From: Tubiluchus corallicola | Lineage: Eukaryota; Animalia; Priapulida | Length of the DNA: 11,661 nt | Assembly (NCBI GenBank): GCA_030141605.1 | Contig: JAQGDQ010001152.1 | Span: 1 to 11,661 of the forward strand | Direction of reading: 5' to 3' | In this document: piece by piece, positions 10,801 to 11,661 of the stretch | Layout of the letters: each line of letters opens with the position of its first letter | Position numbering within the stretch: position 1 is the first letter of the stretch | The notes under the pieces: model-generated | The model's input: the letters and a program-made list of their open reading frames with translations, nothing else | The model's database searches: none | Told to the model about the DNA's origin: nothing | Translations under genes and position numbers: made by a program

Positions 10801-11221
10801 AGCGCCTTGATTTATATCCACGCTGTATCCCAACTTTTTTACATTTCCAGCCTTTTACACATTACTTGCAAGTTCACGGCATCATTATAAACAGCATTAG
10901 TCTAAACGCTTGAATTACAAATAAAAATCTTCCGCACTTTTAATTCATAATATCATGACATTTTTTACATAGACCTCTATAATCACATGCAAATGCACAA
11001 CAAAACAAAACATCACCTAATGTATGTTCTCTTTTCCCACTGCGTATTGCCTCACCAGTATTTAGAACCCATTTGACAGCATCAATGTTCATTAAACTAC
11101 TACGTCCACTGCTAGGTAACTGCCACATTAACAGATTTGGGTGCTCAGGGGGGCAGTCATACTCTCCTTTAGGAATTTTTGCATTGTTGATTTTTTCATG
11201 AAATGGATGGTCACCATCTAC
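1643..11221 (-). CDS. Multi-exon gene (5'-incomplete) for a Crinkler/RHS-type P-loop NTPase + restriction-endonuclease-fold protein; join(11221-11017,7525-6805,6370-6282,4193-3952,3201-3030,2559-2364,1814-1643)
   Basis: Six consecutive GT-AG introns have matching phases (1,2,1,0,1,2). Exon lengths 205+721+89+242+172+196+172 = 1797 nt = 598 aa + stop. Motifs are in the order I recall for CR NTPase-REase proteins: PNLLMWQLP; GVSGCGKSRT..E.L...FGLFF; YVFTDEAH; LAGTAL; FQGRPRF (formed across a splice junction); LVDKG; IQENLV; RGKLLE; FFLPEESAG. Confidence 0.8.
2364..2559 (-). CDS. Exon (G)KEPFMEDYARDLLTDPLIDPQSRGKLLELLIPAW...PQWIRGC(R); start of the predicted REase-fold domain
   Basis: Acceptor tttatcatgtag| at 2561-2560 (phase 1); donor TAG|gtatgt after 2364 (phase 2). 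The GxxhE helix motif resembles the first helix of CR REase domains. Confidence 0.85.
2714..2974. mobile_element. Possible decayed TTAA-AGG...CCT-TTA (Kolobok-like) non-autonomous element
   Basis: The left end ttaaaggcagtgattatc resembles the reverse complement of the right end, ctaaaggaaagtgaatagc. The match is short and imperfect, and a low-complexity (g/c)ctttag stutter follows to about 3011. Confidence 0.25.
3030..3201 (-). CDS. Exon LLAYLLTNGKFRLPCPDHMGLVDKGICHVNIENGHPSQASIQENLVAVAIREFFKRK(G); possible winged-helix-like linker
   Basis: Acceptor ttttcttgcag| at 3203-3202 (phase 0); donor AAG|gttagt after 3030 (phase 1). LVxxG...IxExLV motif. Confidence 0.85.
3628..3836. mobile_element. 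Small MITE-like element (about 210 bp) in an intron
   Basis: Terminal inverted repeats aagcagtgtttatgtagcatcagg (3628-3651) and ccggatgctacataaacgccactt (3813-3836) match at 20/24 with a 14-bp perfect core. Inner inverted pair tgcagaata/tattctgca. No clear TSD. Confidence 0.6.
3952..4193 (-). CDS. Exon (G)RPRFLAYFLKHVLISDE...EVFQVLKRL; helical domain following the NTPase
   Basis: Acceptor ttttttatttgcag| at 4195-4194; donor CTG|gtatgc after 3952 (phase 0). Frame of ORF 3934..4179. Carries the GxPR motif typical of STAND/ORC1-CDC6-like NTPases. Confidence 0.85.
6282..6370 (-). CDS. Exon (R)FDSDYKVENHLRNFMMPGRYLSDIKKTFQ(G), not in the ORF track
   Basis: Acceptor ttatttttag| at 6372-6371; donor AAG|gtatat after 6282. 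89 nt = 1+87+1, exactly the phase 2 to phase 1 bridge needed. It creates FQ-G-RPRF with the next exon. Confidence 0.85.
6805..7525 (-). CDS. Exon: P-loop NTPase core (Walker A, Walker B, sensor-1-like strand)
   Basis: Acceptor ttattttag| at 7527-7526. (G)VLFGVSGCGKSRT is Walker A and LYVFTDEAH is Walker B; VFLAGTAL follows. Donor GAG|gtgaga after 6805 (phase 2). Corresponds to ORF 6801..7511. Confidence 0.9.
8996..9801 (+). pseudogene. Degenerate DIRS1-like gag (ORF1)
   Basis: Stitched across frameshifts and stops: MGPEVKSNLAEAVKNLLEVG / KCDSILAPKNCSHLDVVLVNDSIFNNLAKDNKTCDVLPQKVQQPIIKG / MLSDAIALV / SHELDP*RRSLMKDLLKPEFRSLGSEKSPVTELLFGS*LDKSVDEARK..KIV..RKQPF. This matches the GP.V...LA, P.NC..L....VN, D...QK.Q, DA.AL, RR...K and P.T..LFG motif series I recall for invertebrate DIRS gag. 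Confidence 0.78.
9326..9549. repeat. 112-bp direct tandem duplication (9326-9437 / 9438-9549)
   Basis: The two copies are identical except for one T/C difference (cttgtgatg vs cttgcgatg). Confidence 0.97.
10199..10418. repeat. Perfect 31-bp inverted repeat (DIRS internal complementary region vs right-end extension), extended inward by a 22/28 match
   Basis: cttacctgtaaggtgaagtttgattataatt (10199-10229) / aattataatcaaacttcaccttacaggtaag (10388-10418). Inner arms 10236-10263 vs 10360-10387. Confidence 0.95.
10759..10840 (+). mobile_element. tRNA-derived SINE head or decayed tRNA pseudogene
   Basis: A-box-like ggtctagcggtt (10765-10776), anticodon-loop-like ttgtaaa, degenerate B-box gatttatatcc (10809-10819), then a T6 run. 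The stems are broken, so this is not a functional tRNA. Confidence 0.45.
11017..11221 (-). CDS. Exon: pre-NTPase segment VDGDHPFHEKINNAKIPKGEYDCPPEHPNLLMWQLPSSGRSSLMNIDAVKWVLNTGEAIRSGKREHTL(G)
   Basis: Acceptor ttttgacag| (AG at 11223-11222), phase 0. Open frame shared with ORF 10940..11128. Phase-1 donor TAG|gtgatg after 11017; an alternative phase-1 donor CTG|gtgagg follows 11056. The IP...PxLLxxxLP motif resembles the one preceding Walker A in CR-NTPases. Confidence 0.7.
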
Positions 11222-11523
11222 CTGTCAAAATCAAACACAAAATCGCTGTGAAGTTTAACAACGAAGCATTGTATTTTCATACAATCTACTAAGGCAATCA
11301 AGTATCAATATTTACTACAGAAAATCGAAGGCAAATTGGCAAAAAGCACAAAACGCTAGATTCAAATATGTTAATTTTCAAAGTTTTTACGGGCCTATAC
11401 TTTAATATCTCTAATGGCTTTAGATTTCGAAACTTTCTGCCTAATTGCTGCATCCAACGGCTGAGCAAAGTGCAGGCATCACCGACAACATAATTACTAA
11501 CTTTAGAAAAGTTTTATTACTAC

Positions 11524-11567
11524 CATAACATTTTCCATGGGCCATTTTTCAAGGCCAATCATGATGA
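11524..11567 (-). CDS. Candidate further upstream exon (x)IMIGLEKWPMENVM
   Basis: Branch-point-like TACTAAA about 20 nt before the acceptor tcgctttcag| (11569-11568). The phase-0 end ATG|gtagta matches the phase-0 acceptor at 11221, but this donor is weak. Confidence 0.4.
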
Positions 11568-11661
11568 CTGAAAGCGAGTAAATATTGCATTTAGTACACA
11601 ATTCACACTGTAATTATCTACAGCCATAGTGTCATGCAGTCACAAAGTATAAATTACTTAA

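Overview
AT-rich eukaryotic genomic DNA. It is probably an invertebrate animal, inferred from the long GT-AG introns and the DIRS-, SINE- and MITE-like repeats. Main result: one minus-strand multi-exon gene spans almost the whole window. The ORF track shows six of its exons as unrelated short ORFs and misses a seventh. Seven exons (11221-11017, 7525-6805, 6370-6282, 4193-3952, 3201-3030, 2559-2364, 1814-1643) join through six phase-compatible GT-AG introns into a 598-aa open frame. Its motif order matches Crinkler/RHS-type (CR) proteins: PxLLxxxLP, Walker A GVSGCGKS, Walker B FTDEAH, AGT, GRPRF, LVxxG, then a restriction-endonuclease-fold region. The predicted nuclease catalytic motifs look degenerate and frameshifted. 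The largest intron holds an antisense, internally deleted DIRS1-like retrotransposon (about 8789-10420) with a decayed gag, inverted terminal repeats and an internal complementary region, plus a tRNA-like SINE head. Also present: 69-bp and 44-bp tandem arrays, a 112-bp tandem duplication and a small MITE. Family assignments come from motif recognition by eye, not from database searches.
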